NCBI GenBank assembly: GCA_001940845.1
Contig: MSGV01000023.1
Coordinates: forward strand, 338,312-402,311
Length of the DNA stretch: 64,000 bases
Direction: 5' to 3'
Origin: Christensenellaceae bacterium Phil7
GTDB taxonomy: Bacteria > Bacillota > Clostridia > Christensenellales > CAG-138
Positions 9,448 to 21,337 of the stretch are shown here, piece after piece (position 1 is the stretch's first letter; every line of letters starts with the position of its first letter). The position numbers were made by a program, and so were the translations under genes. Below the pieces are notes generated by a model. The model was not told the DNA's origin. It did not search any database and saw only the letters and a list, made by a program, of their open reading frames with translations.

Positions 9448-10194
9448 TCATATTTCGTCCAGACTTGATAGAAATTCTAAGTCTTTTTTCGATAGTTCGG
9501 CTTTGCTCAACAGATCGGGACGCATCTGCTTTGTTTTGATAAGCGCCTGATTTCTTCGCCACTTATTGATTTCTGCATGATTGCCATTCAATAATACAGC
9601 GGGCACTTCTCTGTCCCTAAAAACAGATGGTCTTGTATATTGTGGATATTCCAGCAAACCCGAGCCCGAAAAGCTCTCATCCTCTGTGGACTCAATGCTC
9701 CCCAGCACACCCGGTATGAATCGGGAAAGGCAATCGATGAGAACCATTGCTGGGAGCTCTCCACCAGTCAGCACATAATCGCCAATGGAAATTTCATCAT
9801 CCATAAGTTCCATAACGCGCTCATCAATTCCCTCATAATGACCTGCAAGTATAAGGAGATTTTCTTCATTTGCCAACTGCATCGCAAGCTCTGGGGTAAG
9901 CGTCCTTCCTCGAGGGCTCATAACTATCCGCCTGATTCTTTTTTCAGCATCATTCAGGCAGCAATCCGCAGTGACAGCATCAATGCAATCAAAAATGGGC
10001 TGCGCCATCATAACCATGCCCGCACCGCCTCCAAACGGATAATCATCCGTATTTCGGTGTTTGCTTTGGGAATAATCACGAATATTATGCGTATAAAATT
10101 CAAGAATGCCCCTTGCAGCCGCTCTTCCAAGCATACTTGACGAAAGAACATTCTCAAACATTTCCGGAAAAATCGTCAGAATATCAATCCTCAA
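9448..10194 (-). CDS. trmD: tRNA (guanine37-N1)-methyltransferase
   Basis: Homologs start M-R/K-IDILTLFPEMF. Here a TTG at 10194 gives (M)RIDILTIFPEMF with GGAGG 9 nt upstream. Alternative ATGs at 10224 and 10218. Confidence 0.9.
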   Translation of the reverse strand: MRIDILTIFPEMFENVLSSSMLGRAAARGILEFYTHNIRDYSQSKHRNTDDYPFGGGAGMVMMAQPIFDCIDAVTADCCLNDAEKRIRRIVMSPRGRTLTPELAMQLANEENLLILAGHYEGIDERVMELMDDEISIGDYVLTGGELPAMVLIDCLSRFIPGVLGSIESTEDESFSGSGLLEYPQYTRPSVFRDREVPAVLLNGNHAEINKWRRNQALIKTKQMRPDLLSKAELSKKDLEFLSSLDEI

Positions 10195-10705
10195 ACAAGC
10201 CGACCTCCGAAAGCACATCCGCATCAAAAACTATGCGCTTATTCTCTATATCGACCTCAAGCATCAAACGCTTGAGTGCAGGCACCGATATGCGCTGCTT
10301 TCCTTTTACAACATACACATCGTTTGCATTTGTCTCATAGATATCATCCATGATCCCAAGCAATGCACCATCGGTCGAAACTACAGTGCAGCCAATAAGA
10401 TCCTTAACAAAATAGGAGCCTTCCGCCAATTTGACCGCATGAGGCCTATCTACACAAAGATATTTGTCCCTGAGTTTTTCCGCATCATCCATGCAGTCAA
10501 TGCCTTCCAACTTCACAATGGCTGCGTTCTCGCCCGCTGAACGTGCATTAGACACATTTACCGGACAATACTCGCCTTCTCGCATTTCGATGAAGGCATC
10601 GCGAAGTTTATTGAATCTCTTTACATCGTCCGTAAGGGGCAAGACCTTAACCTCGCCTTTTACCCCATGCGGACGCAAAAACAAGCCGATACGAAAATAA
10701 TCCAT
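10184..10705 (-). CDS. rimM: 16S rRNA processing protein RimM
   Basis: MDYFRIGLFLRPHGVKGEVKV N-terminus. The start lies 1 nt after the stop of the KH-domain gene. Confidence 0.85.
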   Translation of the reverse strand: MDYFRIGLFLRPHGVKGEVKVLPLTDDVKRFNKLRDAFIEMREGEYCPVNVSNARSAGENAAIVKLEGIDCMDDAEKLRDKYLCVDRPHAVKLAEGSYFVKDLIGCTVVSTDGALLGIMDDIYETNANDVYVVKGKQRISVPALKRLMLEVDIENKRIVFDADVLSEVGLFED

Positions 10706-10706
10706 A

Positions 10707-10934
10707 TCAAACGATTTCGACGAGGAACTTCTTTTCGCTCTTGATTGAGGCTGCTCTGACAACGGTACGGATCGCCTTTGCTATCCTGCCCTGCTTGCCA
10801 ATGACTTTGCCCATATCTGTCTTTGCAACCGATAGCTCTATTGTGATAGTTTCCTCATCCTCTTTGAGATTGGTTTTAACCTCATCCGGTTCATCAACAA
10901 GATTGCTTGCGATAAATTCAACAAGCTTAACCAT
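10707..10934 (-). CDS. KH domain RNA-binding protein (YlqC/UPF0109)
   Basis: MVKLVEFIASNLVDEPDEV...MGKVIGKQGRIAKAIRTV (GxxG KH motif). An alternative start at 10970 overlaps the rpsP stop (TAATG). Confidence 0.8.
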   Translation of the reverse strand: MVKLVEFIASNLVDEPDEVKTNLKEDEETITIELSVAKTDMGKVIGKQGRIAKAIRTVVRAASIKSEKKFLVEIV

Positions 10935-10969
10935 GTCTTCAACCGCTATTTCTCTGACTTCAGCATCCA

Positions 10970-11212
10970 TTAGTCAATAACGCCGTTCTTTTTAAACAAA
11001 CCACGAACGGTCTCCGTGGGCTGTGCACCGTTCTTGATCCACTGCTTTGCCTTATCGGCATCGACAACGACCTCAGCAGGGTTTGTGAGGGGATTATAGT
11101 GACCAATCTCCTCAACAAAAGCACCATCGCGGGGCGCACGTGAATCAGCAACTACAATACGATAAAACGGAGCCTTCTTTGCACCCATTCTGCGAAGCCT
11201 GATCTTAAGCAT
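10970..11212 (-). CDS. rpsP: 30S ribosomal protein S16
   Basis: [30 protein letters not shown]. Confidence 0.95.
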   Translation of the reverse strand: MLKIRLRRMGAKKAPFYRIVVADSRAPRDGAFVEEIGHYNPLTNPAEVVVDADKAKQWIKNGAQPTETVRGLFKKNGVID

Positions 11213-11315
11213 AATTTTTCCTCCTGAATTAAATAAAAAAATTTAAATATCCAAACGGTTTTCGCTGCTTAGCTGCAACCGTGCTTGGTAAAGCTTTGAT
11301 TTTGAACGGCTCAAA

Positions 11316-12662
11316 TCACATCCCGAATAAGCCGCCGAAACCCTTTCTTTTCTTGAAGCCCTTCTTACCCTTTCCGGTGAATTGCTTCATAAGTTGACGA
11401 GATTGTTCAAATTGCTTGAGCAATCTATTGACCTCCTGAACGCTCGTACCGCTGCCGGCAGCAATACGTTTTTTACGGCTTGCATTAAGAAGTTCCGGTT
11501 TTCTGCGCTCCTTTGGAGTCATCGATTTAATGATAGCTTCGACCCTTGCGCTTGCCTTTGGATCAATTTCAACATCCTTCAGCTTGCTCGCATTTACTCC
11601 GGGCATCATTGAAAGGATATCGCTCATTGAGCCCATCTTTTTAACCTGCTGAAACTGCTCCAGAAAATCCTCTAACGTAAAATCATCATTCGTCAGCTTC
11701 TTTGCAAGTTCCGTCGCCTGCTTTTCATCGAATGCCTGTTCAGCCTTTTCTATAAGGGTCAGAACATCGCCCATCCCAAGAATTCTGGAAGCCATTCTGT
11801 CAGGATAAAATGGTTCGATATCGGTTAACTTTTCTCCGATGCCGGAAAACTTAATCGGCTTCCCAGTCACAGAACGAACGCTCAACGCAGCACCGCCCCT
11901 GGTATCGCCGTCCAGTTTTGTCAGAATGACGCCCGTTAATTCAAGTTTTTCATTAAAGCTTTTTGCAACATTTACCGCATCCTGACCGGTCATCGCATCG
12001 ACAACCAGCAGTATCTCTGCCGGATTGAGCTCAGCCTTGATATCGGCAATCTCATCCATCATTCGTTCATCGATATGCAAACGTCCTGCCGTATCGACTA
12101 TCACCACGTCAAGGAAGTGATATTCCGCATAGGAGACGGCTTCCTTTGCTGTTTGAACGGGATTCTCCGTTCCGCGCTCAAAGACCGGAACTCCAATCTT
12201 TTCACCCACAACCTGGAGCTGTTTAATAGCTGCCGGTCTATATATATCGCAGGCAGCCAGCAACGGCTTTTTGCCCTGTGTCTTCGCCAAATATCCGGCA
12301 AGCTTACCTGCCATTGTGGTTTTACCGGCCCCCTGCAAGCCTGCAAGGAGAATTACTGCCGGTTTTCTTGGTCCAAAGTTAAGCCTTTCGACCGAACCAC
12401 CCATAAGATTCGTTAACTCTTCATTTACGATCTTAATTATTTGCTGCGATGGCGTCAGGCTTTGCAGCACCTCTGCGCCAACCGCACGTTGAGAAACGGT
12501 ATTAATAAATGATTTGACTACAGTGAAGTTTACGTCCGCTTCCAACAGCGCGAGCTTAACCTCACGCATTGCTTCTTTAACTTCCTTTTCGGAAAGCTTT
12601 CCCTTATTGCCAAGCTTACCAAAAATACCTTGAAGCTTTGTGGAAAGTCCCTCAAATGCCAT
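11316..12662 (-). CDS. ffh: signal recognition particle protein Ffh
   Basis: MAFEGLSTKLQ start. GTPase motifs GLQGAGKTT, DTAGR and TKLDGD. Met-rich M domain. Confidence 0.95.
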   Translation of the reverse strand: MAFEGLSTKLQGIFGKLGNKGKLSEKEVKEAMREVKLALLEADVNFTVVKSFINTVSQRAVGAEVLQSLTPSQQIIKIVNEELTNLMGGSVERLNFGPRKPAVILLAGLQGAGKTTMAGKLAGYLAKTQGKKPLLAACDIYRPAAIKQLQVVGEKIGVPVFERGTENPVQTAKEAVSYAEYHFLDVVIVDTAGRLHIDERMMDEIADIKAELNPAEILLVVDAMTGQDAVNVAKSFNEKLELTGVILTKLDGDTRGGAALSVRSVTGKPIKFSGIGEKLTDIEPFYPDRMASRILGMGDVLTLIEKAEQAFDEKQATELAKKLTNDDFTLEDFLEQFQQVKKMGSMSDILSMMPGVNASKLKDVEIDPKASARVEAIIKSMTPKERRKPELLNASRKKRIAAGSGTSVQEVNRLLKQFEQSRQLMKQFTGKGKKGFKKRKGFGGLFGM

Positions 12663-12999
12663 TTTCACCCTCCGTTATCTCTATCAATCTGGATAGAATA
12701 AGATCAATTCGCTCGTTCATAATCCCTTGCACAGCCATTTCAGTTTTTAGTTCTGAAATGGTTTCAATTATTCTTGAATCCCTCGCAATAAGTCCAAGCT
12801 TATGTTCCATCTCACATAATTGTTTTTCACCATGCAGTAATGCATCACGCACAGCCTGCCTTGAAATTCCCTTCATTTCGGCAATCTCGCCAAGCGAAAA
12901 ATCCTCATTTACGCTTAAACTCAGCAACTCCCTGCGATTTTCAGTCAGAAACGCACCATAATAATCAAGAAGAAGACCCAACTCGATTTTATCCTGCAT
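12652..12999 (-). CDS. ylxM: YlxM-type putative DNA-binding protein (UPF0122)
   Basis: 115 aa. Sigma region-4-like HTH (SLGEIAEMKGISRQAV). Conserved position immediately upstream of ffh. Confidence 0.8.
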   Translation of the reverse strand: MQDKIELGLLLDYYGAFLTENRRELLSLSVNEDFSLGEIAEMKGISRQAVRDALLHGEKQLCEMEHKLGLIARDSRIIETISELKTEMAVQGIMNERIDLILSRLIEITEGENGI

Positions 13000-13268
13000 G
13001 GCCGACCTCCTTTATAGTACCGTTGGGCTCAAGCAAACCATTGTAAAGTTATCAAGCTTTACACATTCCTCCTGTATTATAATCATTTTATCCGATTTGT
13101 CAATAGCAATTCCCATAGTTATCAATATATTTAATTTGGGTTTTATCAAGGCGATACAGTCATTTTTATTCTGCTGTTGGCAAACCCAAAAATTTTTTAT
13201 GCAAAACCATCGTAATCTGGTATAATAAAAAAAGAATCTAAATTTCGAAAAGATTTATGGAGGATAAA

Positions 13269-14578
<1,310 letters not shown>

Positions 14579-14588
14579 GGAGAACTCT

Positions 14589-15236
14589 ATGGATAATATA
14601 GCAAAATTGATCGATCATACCTTACTCAAACCGGATGCTTGTGAAGCTCAGATCAAAAACATCTGCGATGAAGCAAGGGAGTACGGATTCAAAAGCGTAT
14701 GCGTGAACCCCTCAAGGGTCAAGTTCGTATCAGAACAGTTGGCCGGCAGCGATGTGCTCACATGCTGTGTCATAGGCTTTCCTCTCGGAGCAACGCTTTC
14801 CAGTGTCAAAGCATTTGAAACTGCAGAAGCGATCCGTCTGGGCGCAAATGAAGTGGACATGGTCATAAATATAGGAGCCGTTAAGGATGGGGACTGGACT
14901 CTCGTAGAGAATGATATTCGATCCGTTGTTAATGCTGCAAATGGCCGAGCATCGGTCAAGGTAATCATCGAAACCTGCCTTTTGACCGATGCAGAAAAAG
15001 AACTTGCCTGCAAATGCGCCGTATTGGCGGGTGCGGACTTTGTTAAAACATCGACAGGTTTTTCAAGCGGCGGAGCAAATGAGCATGATATTTCACTGAT
15101 GAGGCGCGCGGTTGGCAACAAGCTCGGCGTTAAAGCTTCCGGAGGCGTCCGCACTCCGGAGGATGCAGATAAATATATTGCAGCAGGTGCTTCAAGGCTC
15201 GGAACCAGCAACGGCATTAAGCTTCTGCATATTTAA
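14589..15236 (+). CDS. deoC: deoxyribose-phosphate aldolase
   Basis: [18 protein letters not shown] (Schiff-base Lys) and VKASGGVR. Confidence 0.9.
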   Translation: MDNIAKLIDHTLLKPDACEAQIKNICDEAREYGFKSVCVNPSRVKFVSEQLAGSDVLTCCVIGFPLGATLSSVKAFETAEAIRLGANEVDMVINIGAVKDGDWTLVENDIRSVVNAANGRASVKVIIETCLLTDAEKELACKCAVLAGADFVKTSTGFSSGGANEHDISLMRRAVGNKLGVKASGGVRTPEDADKYIAAGASRLGTSNGIKLLHI

Positions 15237-15422
15237 ATATAGTTTTCTATTCGTCTAATTAATTCAAAAACCGCTGATCCGCACGAGCATTGAGATAAGG
15301 CAGATATTCTCTCTCCTATTGCTGAAAAGCATTGATATTTCCAGCCGAACGATCAGCGGTATAATCACTCAATCAGGTGCATCCAGTATTCTTGTTTGAA
15401 AAAATATATTTTGATTCTTGTA

Positions 15423-15451
15423 TTGCATTTCCAAATTTTTTCCTGTATAAT
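15423..15451 (+). promoter_or_regulatory. sigma-A type promoter upstream of the 15626 lipoprotein gene
   Basis: TTGCAT-17 nt-TATAAT. Implies a leader of about 170 nt. Confidence 0.5.
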
Positions 15452-15625
15452 ATAACAACATCCTGGAAATAAACTATGGGGTGGTGATTATCTAAATACT
15501 ATCCAGGTGTTTGCTTTTTTCGTATATACTCACCCACTTTATCAGTATTTTTGTGAGTAGCCGCCAGTTCACGATCAAAATAACGCTTTCCACAAACAAT
15601 TGCCTAAACGAGAGGAGTATAAGTT

Positions 15626-16393
15626 ATGAACATCAGGAAAACAAAATCAACCCGTATTACTTGCTTCATGGCTCTTCTTTGCGTCGCTTTAATGCTTTCG
15701 TCGCTTCTTGGCTGCGCCAAGAACGTTCCAACGCGCGCAAGAGCCACGCAGTTCGATCTCGCTTCAGGAGACGAGAGCTCTCTCATCAGCGAATCAATTA
15801 CGTCAAGCGATAACGTCCAGTACTATGTATCTGCTGATGCCAATGTTGCTGCATGCGGCAAGTATATAGGAAAATTCAAAGCTTCAAAACAGGATGAATC
15901 CATCCCCGGTGACCCGACTAGATATGATGGCTGCAAGATGTATGCATTCCTTGATGAACCATCGGATAATTGCTTCATCATCGATAATGGCGGTCAGTAT
16001 TTATTGCTCACTCGAAGTGATATAGATGATGACGTTGAATATGATCAGAGCTACCGCATGCAAATGATCAATAAGCTCGTTAATAACGAACTGAATAATA
16101 CCGTTATATATCTTAACGGTGAGCATTACTGCACGGTTGCTGTGGTCAATAGCACTGCTTGCGATACTGAAAGCAGCTTTACCCCGCCTATCTCCGTAAA
16201 CGAGCTAAAACTTAATGGAGTAAGCATCGATCTTTCGGCTTGCAAAGGCTATGCTTTCATGAACTATTCCACGGATGAATGCATTATTCTCGGCGATGGC
16301 GAAGACTTTATTCTGCTTGCAAAACCCTCATTCCTCAGCGAACATGCATCCAAGCTCATTTCCGAAATTCAGGATGGAAACTATACTAAATAG
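15626..16393 (+). CDS. hypothetical lipoprotein
   Basis: 255 aa. GAGAGGAG RBS. Signal peptide with lipobox LSSLLGC. No family recognised. Confidence 0.6.
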   Translation: MNIRKTKSTRITCFMALLCVALMLSSLLGCAKNVPTRARATQFDLASGDESSLISESITSSDNVQYYVSADANVAACGKYIGKFKASKQDESIPGDPTRYDGCKMYAFLDEPSDNCFIIDNGGQYLLLTRSDIDDDVEYDQSYRMQMINKLVNNELNNTVIYLNGEHYCTVAVVNSTACDTESSFTPPISVNELKLNGVSIDLSACKGYAFMNYSTDECIILGDGEDFILLAKPSFLSEHASKLISEIQDGNYTK

Positions 16394-16416
16394 ATCGACT
16401 TATCAATTGCGCTTTT

Positions 16417-16454
16417 TGCACTGCCATAACTTCTTGGCAGTGCATTTTTATTTT
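16417..16454 (+). terminator. rho-independent terminator
   Basis: TGCACTGCCA-taacttct-TGGCAGTGCA followed by TTTTTATTTT. Confidence 0.8.
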
Positions 16455-16561
16455 CAGGTGCTCTGCATTCTAAGTATAAAAAACGCTTGCGCTTTCATTT
16501 CACGAATAATGTTGACAAGTGAACATTTGTTATGCTATAATTTCACCCAGGAGGAAAAATT

Positions 16562-17047
16562 ATGCAAGAAGAACGATTTGAGGAATTCGCTGCACTGATC
16601 GGCGGGATCCACGGTAATATAAGCAAGCTTAAATCAAGCTACACCAACAGACTTGGGCTAAAGGAAGTTCATATGTTTTGGCTATATCTCTTGCATGTGC
16701 ACCCAGAGGGCATGTCCGCTTCCGAACTGGCCTTATCGAGCAAAACCAACCGCAGCCTTGTCTCCCGAGAGATCGCAGCGCTGCTTGAACAAGGCATTCT
16801 ATATACTGATGGAAATACGGGGCACAGAAGATATGGCTGGAAATTTAAGCTAACAGAAAAGGGCAATGCACTGGCTGTTGAAATATCTCATGTGGCAAAA
16901 AACATCCAGGATAGAGTGAATCAGGGTATAGGGCAGGAGGAACTTGCAATATTCTATAAAGTTTTGCGAATTCTCTCCGATAGATTTGACCAGGCGATTA
17001 TCAGTGAAAATGGAGGAGCTAATAATGAATATCAAAATAATCAGTGA
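16562..17047 (+). CDS. MarR family transcriptional regulator
   Basis: 161 aa. Winged-HTH region SASELALSSKTNRSLVSREIAALLEQGIL. AGGAGG RBS. Confidence 0.8.
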   Translation: MQEERFEEFAALIGGIHGNISKLKSSYTNRLGLKEVHMFWLYLLHVHPEGMSASELALSSKTNRSLVSREIAALLEQGILYTDGNTGHRRYGWKFKLTEKGNALAVEISHVAKNIQDRVNQGIGQEELAIFYKVLRILSDRFDQAIISENGGANNEYQNNQ

Positions 17048-17891
17048 TTCAGGCTGCGATATGAGTCAGCGAGAAGCTAAAGAATCGAATTTAACTATAC
17101 TTCCTTTGAAAACGCTTATAGATGGAATCGAATACCGTGACGGTATCGATATAATGAGTGCTGAATTTTATGAAAAGCTTGATTGCTGCCAAAGCTTACC
17201 AAGCACCAGCCAGGTTACTCCTGCCGAATATGCCGATGCATATTCCACCGCACTCGAAAGCGCAGATGATATACTGGTTATTACCATAGGAGCCAAGCTC
17301 TCCGGTACTTTTCAAAGCGCAAATATCGCCGCTGCGGACTTCCCCGGCAAAATTCACGTGCTTGATAGCGGAAATGTCGCTGCCGGGCAGCGTATTCTGG
17401 TGGATTATGCGCTTCGTCTGCGGGATCAAGGCTGCTCTATCAATGAAATGCTGCTAAAGCTTGAACAGGCAAAACGGCGGCTTTGCATAATAGCAAGGGT
17501 AGATACCTTGGAATATTTGAAGCGTGGCGGCCGCCTATCCAAGACAGCCGCAATCGCTGGCTCGATTCTTAATATAAAGCCCGTGCTTGGGCTCGAAAAT
17601 GGTGAGATTGTGATTTTGGGTAAAGCCCGAGGTTCCAAGGCTGGAAATAATCTGCTTACGGATTTAATAAATAAACAGGGCGGAGTGGATTTCTCTATGC
17701 CATATATGCTGGTCTATTCAGGAAATGATGATGCATTGCTAAAGGGATATATCGATAATAGCCGCTGCTTGTGGGAAGGACATACAGGCCATTTGCCCAT
17801 CTCAATAATAGGCAGCACCATAGGAACACATGTAGGTCCCGGAGCCATCGGCGTTGCCTTTTTCTCAAACTATGAAAGCCACCGTAATTAA
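17025..17891 (+). CDS. DegV family fatty-acid-binding protein
   Basis: MNIKIISDSGCDMS start after GGAGGAGCTAATA. 23-nt overlap with marR. Confidence 0.85.
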   Translation: MNIKIISDSGCDMSQREAKESNLTILPLKTLIDGIEYRDGIDIMSAEFYEKLDCCQSLPSTSQVTPAEYADAYSTALESADDILVITIGAKLSGTFQSANIAAADFPGKIHVLDSGNVAAGQRILVDYALRLRDQGCSINEMLLKLEQAKRRLCIIARVDTLEYLKRGGRLSKTAAIAGSILNIKPVLGLENGEIVILGKARGSKAGNNLLTDLINKQGGVDFSMPYMLVYSGNDDALLKGYIDNSRCLWEGHTGHLPISIIGSTIGTHVGPGAIGVAFFSNYESHRN

Positions 17892-17893
17892 TC

Positions 17894-17930
17894 ACATATG
17901 GTGGGGAATCGACTTTTCCCCACCATATGT
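17894..17930. terminator. bidirectional terminator hairpin between convergent degV and tsaB
   Basis: Perfect 15-bp stem ACATATGGTGGGGAA / TTCCCCACCATATGT with a 7-nt loop. Confidence 0.8.
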
Positions 17931-17940
17931 AAATTTCAGT

Positions 17941-18573
17941 TCAAATGCTGCGCATCCTTTCCGCCTGCGATGGGCGCAAATACATGGGCACAGCATTTTC
18001 AACAGTGGCCGAGAGTGGATTCTCTCGAAGCATGAGCAATGCTTCTTTTATCACTAGCTCCGCATTCACATTATCATCTTGTCCATAGCAATCGCCAACA
18101 AGTACCCCATCTTCACCCAGGATACCAATGCTCTCACAAGCAGCTATAAGCTCTTTCTGAACACATGCACATGGCTCTATTATACACTTTCCAAAAGCGT
18201 AAACCGCTCCATACCCATTTCCATTACGGGCATCAATAAGGCTTATCACGACCCCCCCGGTCGAAGCAAGCTGCCTCAGTGCGGCAAGCGAGCTCACGGG
18301 AATTATACGTTTATTAGCTGCAAGAGCCAGTGCATTGATGGTTGATACGCCTATTCGCACTCCGGTAAACGAGCCCGGTCCAATATCAACCGCAAAGGCA
18401 TCGACAGAATCCAAAGAGACTTTTTCCTCATCCAACAGCTCATCTAATAATGGCATAAGCGAGACGGAATGCGGTCTTCCACTCTCATCAAGCTTCATTC
18501 GTATGCTTCCATCCTCCCTCAGAATTGCCACAGAAGGGTTCTTTGAGGATGTTGAAACTGCTATGATCTTCAT
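17941..18573 (-). CDS. tsaB: tRNA t6A37 biosynthesis protein TsaB
   Basis: 210 aa. MKIIAVSTSSKNPSVAIL and GPGSFTGVRIG motif. Confidence 0.85.
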   Translation of the reverse strand: MKIIAVSTSSKNPSVAILREDGSIRMKLDESGRPHSVSLMPLLDELLDEEKVSLDSVDAFAVDIGPGSFTGVRIGVSTINALALAANKRIIPVSSLAALRQLASTGGVVISLIDARNGNGYGAVYAFGKCIIEPCACVQKELIAACESIGILGEDGVLVGDCYGQDDNVNAELVIKEALLMLRENPLSATVENAVPMYLRPSQAERMRSI

Positions 18574-19023
18574 CTATATCTCCTCGATAAGCTTTTCATA
18601 CACGGCACCCAACGGAATAATTTCAACACGTCTAATATCGTCCCCGCTTCCTGTGATATGTATTTCAAGCCGTTCACTCGGCAGCGCATCAAGAACGAGC
18701 TCGCACCACTCCATAACAACGATGCTTTTGCTTGAAAGGTAATCATCAAAGCCGATCGCGAACAGCTCCTCATAATCAGCAAGCCGATAGCAATCAAAAT
18801 GATCCAGATGAAGCTTTCCACCGTATCTCTTAACTATATTAAATGTCGGGCTGGAAATATCTTCGATATCCAATGCACTTGCAAGCCCGCGCACAAAGGT
18901 CGTCTTACCTGCACCAAGCCCACCGAAAAGCGCAATAAATTCACCTCCATGAAGCTGTCCTGCAACCCGTTTTCCAAGCTCCAGCATATCGGCTTCGCTT
19001 TCCACATCAACCAACTTTATCAA
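18574..19023 (-). CDS. tsaE: tRNA t6A37 biosynthesis ATPase TsaE
   Basis: 149 aa. Walker [14 protein letters not shown] and SPTFNIV motif. Confidence 0.85.
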   Translation of the reverse strand: MIKLVDVESEADMLELGKRVAGQLHGGEFIALFGGLGAGKTTFVRGLASALDIEDISSPTFNIVKRYGGKLHLDHFDCYRLADYEELFAIGFDDYLSSKSIVVMEWCELVLDALPSERLEIHITGSGDDIRRVEIIPLGAVYEKLIEEI

Positions 19024-20138
19024 TTAAAAGTACCCCTTAGCATTAATTCGTTTCTCAGATTCATGAGCCTGTCCTCACGAATCGCCTCCCTTATCTTCTC
19101 CATAAGCCGATAAGTAAATCTTAAATTATGCATCGTTATAAGCTCTGCTGCAAGAATTTCTCCGGCTTTTATCAGATGTCTGATATACGCTCTGGTAAAA
19201 TTACGGCAGGCATAGCAGTCACAATCCTCTTCAATCGGAGAAAAATCATGTGCAAACTCTGCATTTCGGAGCATTCGCTTACCATCGAATGTCAACGCCA
19301 GTCCATTGCGTGCAGAACGGGTCTGCAATACGCAATCAAACATATCTATTCCCCGAATAGCGCCCTCAACAAGGCAATCAGGGCTGCCAACACCCATGAG
19401 ATAATGTGGCCTGTCGGTCGGAAGATATGGCATAAGCGCCTCAAGCATTTCATACATGACCGGCTTGGGTTCGCCTACCGAAAGCCCTCCAATACCATAT
19501 CCCGGGAAGTCCATTGCTGCCAGCGTCTTTGCGCTCTCTATACGCAGATCTCCGAACATACCGCCTTGCACTATGCCGAATAAAGCCTGATCTGGGCGAG
19601 TATGGCTGTTTTTGCAGCGTTCTGCCCACCTATGGGTTCGATTCATCGCAGCGACCGCATAATTTTTATCGCAATCGGCAGGTGCGCATTCATCAAACGC
19701 CATGGCTATATCTGCACCTAGCGCCTGCTCTATCTCCATAACATATTCAGGAGTAAAAAACAGCTTTCGACCATCGATATGAGAATTGAATTCAACACCA
19801 TCCTCACGTATCTTATTCATTGCAGCAAGACTAAAGACCTGAAATCCACCGCTATCGGTCAGCATCGGACCGTGCCACTGCGAAAATTCATGTAAGCCTC
19901 CCGCTTCCCTGACAAGCTCATGCCCCGGACGCAGAAAAAGATGATATGTATTTGCCAGCACGATTCCGGCTCCAACCTCACTAAGATCACGCGGAGTCAT
20001 CGCTTTAACGGTTGCCTGGGTGCCAACTGCCATAAAACACGGTGTATCGATCACGCCATGCGGAGTATGGAGTTTTCCAAGCCGAGCGCCCGTATGTTTA
20101 TCCATTTTTATCAATTCATAATATACCGGAGAATTCAT
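19020..20138 (-). CDS. tgt: queuine tRNA-ribosyltransferase
   Basis: 372 aa. TDSGGFQV and the C-terminal zinc site CDCYAC. Confidence 0.95.
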   Translation of the reverse strand: MNSPVYYELIKMDKHTGARLGKLHTPHGVIDTPCFMAVGTQATVKAMTPRDLSEVGAGIVLANTYHLFLRPGHELVREAGGLHEFSQWHGPMLTDSGGFQVFSLAAMNKIREDGVEFNSHIDGRKLFFTPEYVMEIEQALGADIAMAFDECAPADCDKNYAVAAMNRTHRWAERCKNSHTRPDQALFGIVQGGMFGDLRIESAKTLAAMDFPGYGIGGLSVGEPKPVMYEMLEALMPYLPTDRPHYLMGVGSPDCLVEGAIRGIDMFDCVLQTRSARNGLALTFDGKRMLRNAEFAHDFSPIEEDCDCYACRNFTRAYIRHLIKAGEILAAELITMHNLRFTYRLMEKIREAIREDRLMNLRNELMLRGTFN

Positions 20139-20216
20139 AAACCTTCCTTTTTTATTTTTATAAAATCTAGTACTCTTTAATTAATGATTTAGATATTCAA
20201 ACTTACTACCACATTC

Positions 20217-21239
20217 TTAATAAAAGAATGATGCATCCCCGAACGAAAAAAAACGATAACGCTCTTTTACAGCGTGTTCATAAATGCGCAGGACTTCCTC
20301 CCGTGAGGAAAAAGCACTGATAAGCATCAGCAATGTTGATTCCGGCAAGTGGAAATTCGTTATCAGGGCATCAACTGCCTTAAATCTATAGCCTGGCGTA
20401 ATAAAAATATCCGTCATTCCACTGCCCGCATGAACAAGGCCATATTCATCGGCAATGCTCTCGAGAGTGCGGCAGCTTGTTGTGCCCACAGCAATAATCC
20501 GGCCTCCGTTTGCCCGTGCTTTGTTTATCCGTGCTGCGGCATCCTCCGTACACCGATAGTATTCAGAGTGCATGTGATGTTCCTCAACATTATCGACCGA
20601 AACGGGTCTAAATGTACCTAAACCAACATGAAGCAGCACATCTACTATATCCACGCCCTTATCGGATATGCTTTGCAAAAGTTTATCCGTGAAATGCAGC
20701 CCCGCAGTCGGTGCTGCGGCAGACCCACTTTCATGTGCATAGACAGTCTGATAACGGTCTTTATCAGCAAGCTTTTCTGTAATATAAGGAGGAAGCGGCA
20801 TCTCTCCCACTCTATCAAGGATCTCCTCTAAAATGCCATCGTAATTAAGCTCAATCAGCTTATTGCCATCCTCAAGAGTATCTATGACGGTCACACCCAG
20901 CTCATCGCTGACCCTGAATGTTAGCCCTGGTTTTGCACGCCTTCCAGGCTTTGCAAGGCACTCCCACTTTTTATCATCAATACGCTTCAACAGCAAGAAT
21001 TCCATCACACCGCCGGTAGCTTCACGCTTTCCAAACAGCCTTGCAGGTATAACGCGAGTATCATTGCGAACCAGAACATCTCCCGGCGCAAGATAATCAA
21101 TTATTTCCGAAAACACCTTATCTTCAATAACTTTTGTGCTGCGGTTATAGACCAAAAGTCTTGAAGCTGAACGGTTCTCTGCCGGAGACTGAGCAATCAG
21201 CTCCTTTGGTAAATCATAGTAAAAATCACTGGTTTTCAT
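20217..21239 (-). CDS. queA: S-adenosylmethionine:tRNA ribosyltransferase-isomerase
   Basis: [20 protein letters not shown]-terminus; 340 aa. Confidence 0.95.
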   Translation of the reverse strand: MKTSDFYYDLPKELIAQSPAENRSASRLLVYNRSTKVIEDKVFSEIIDYLAPGDVLVRNDTRVIPARLFGKREATGGVMEFLLLKRIDDKKWECLAKPGRRAKPGLTFRVSDELGVTVIDTLEDGNKLIELNYDGILEEILDRVGEMPLPPYITEKLADKDRYQTVYAHESGSAAAPTAGLHFTDKLLQSISDKGVDIVDVLLHVGLGTFRPVSVDNVEEHHMHSEYYRCTEDAAARINKARANGGRIIAVGTTSCRTLESIADEYGLVHAGSGMTDIFITPGYRFKAVDALITNFHLPESTLLMLISAFSSREEVLRIYEHAVKERYRFFSFGDASFFY

Positions 21240-21337
21240 ATTTGTATCGAGTTTGCATCAGCGCTCTGTAAATTTCAATCAAAGAACAGACCAACTAATC
21301 TTTGATTAAGCACAGTTTTTATGAAACAAGCCTTTCC

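Noticed and set aside
20139-21337. Looked for a preQ1 riboswitch near queA and tgt
   Set aside because: The short intergenic regions (20139-20216 and 21240-21337) show no preQ1-type hairpin with an A-rich tail. These genes act on tRNA rather than on preQ1 synthesis or transport, so a riboswitch is not expected.
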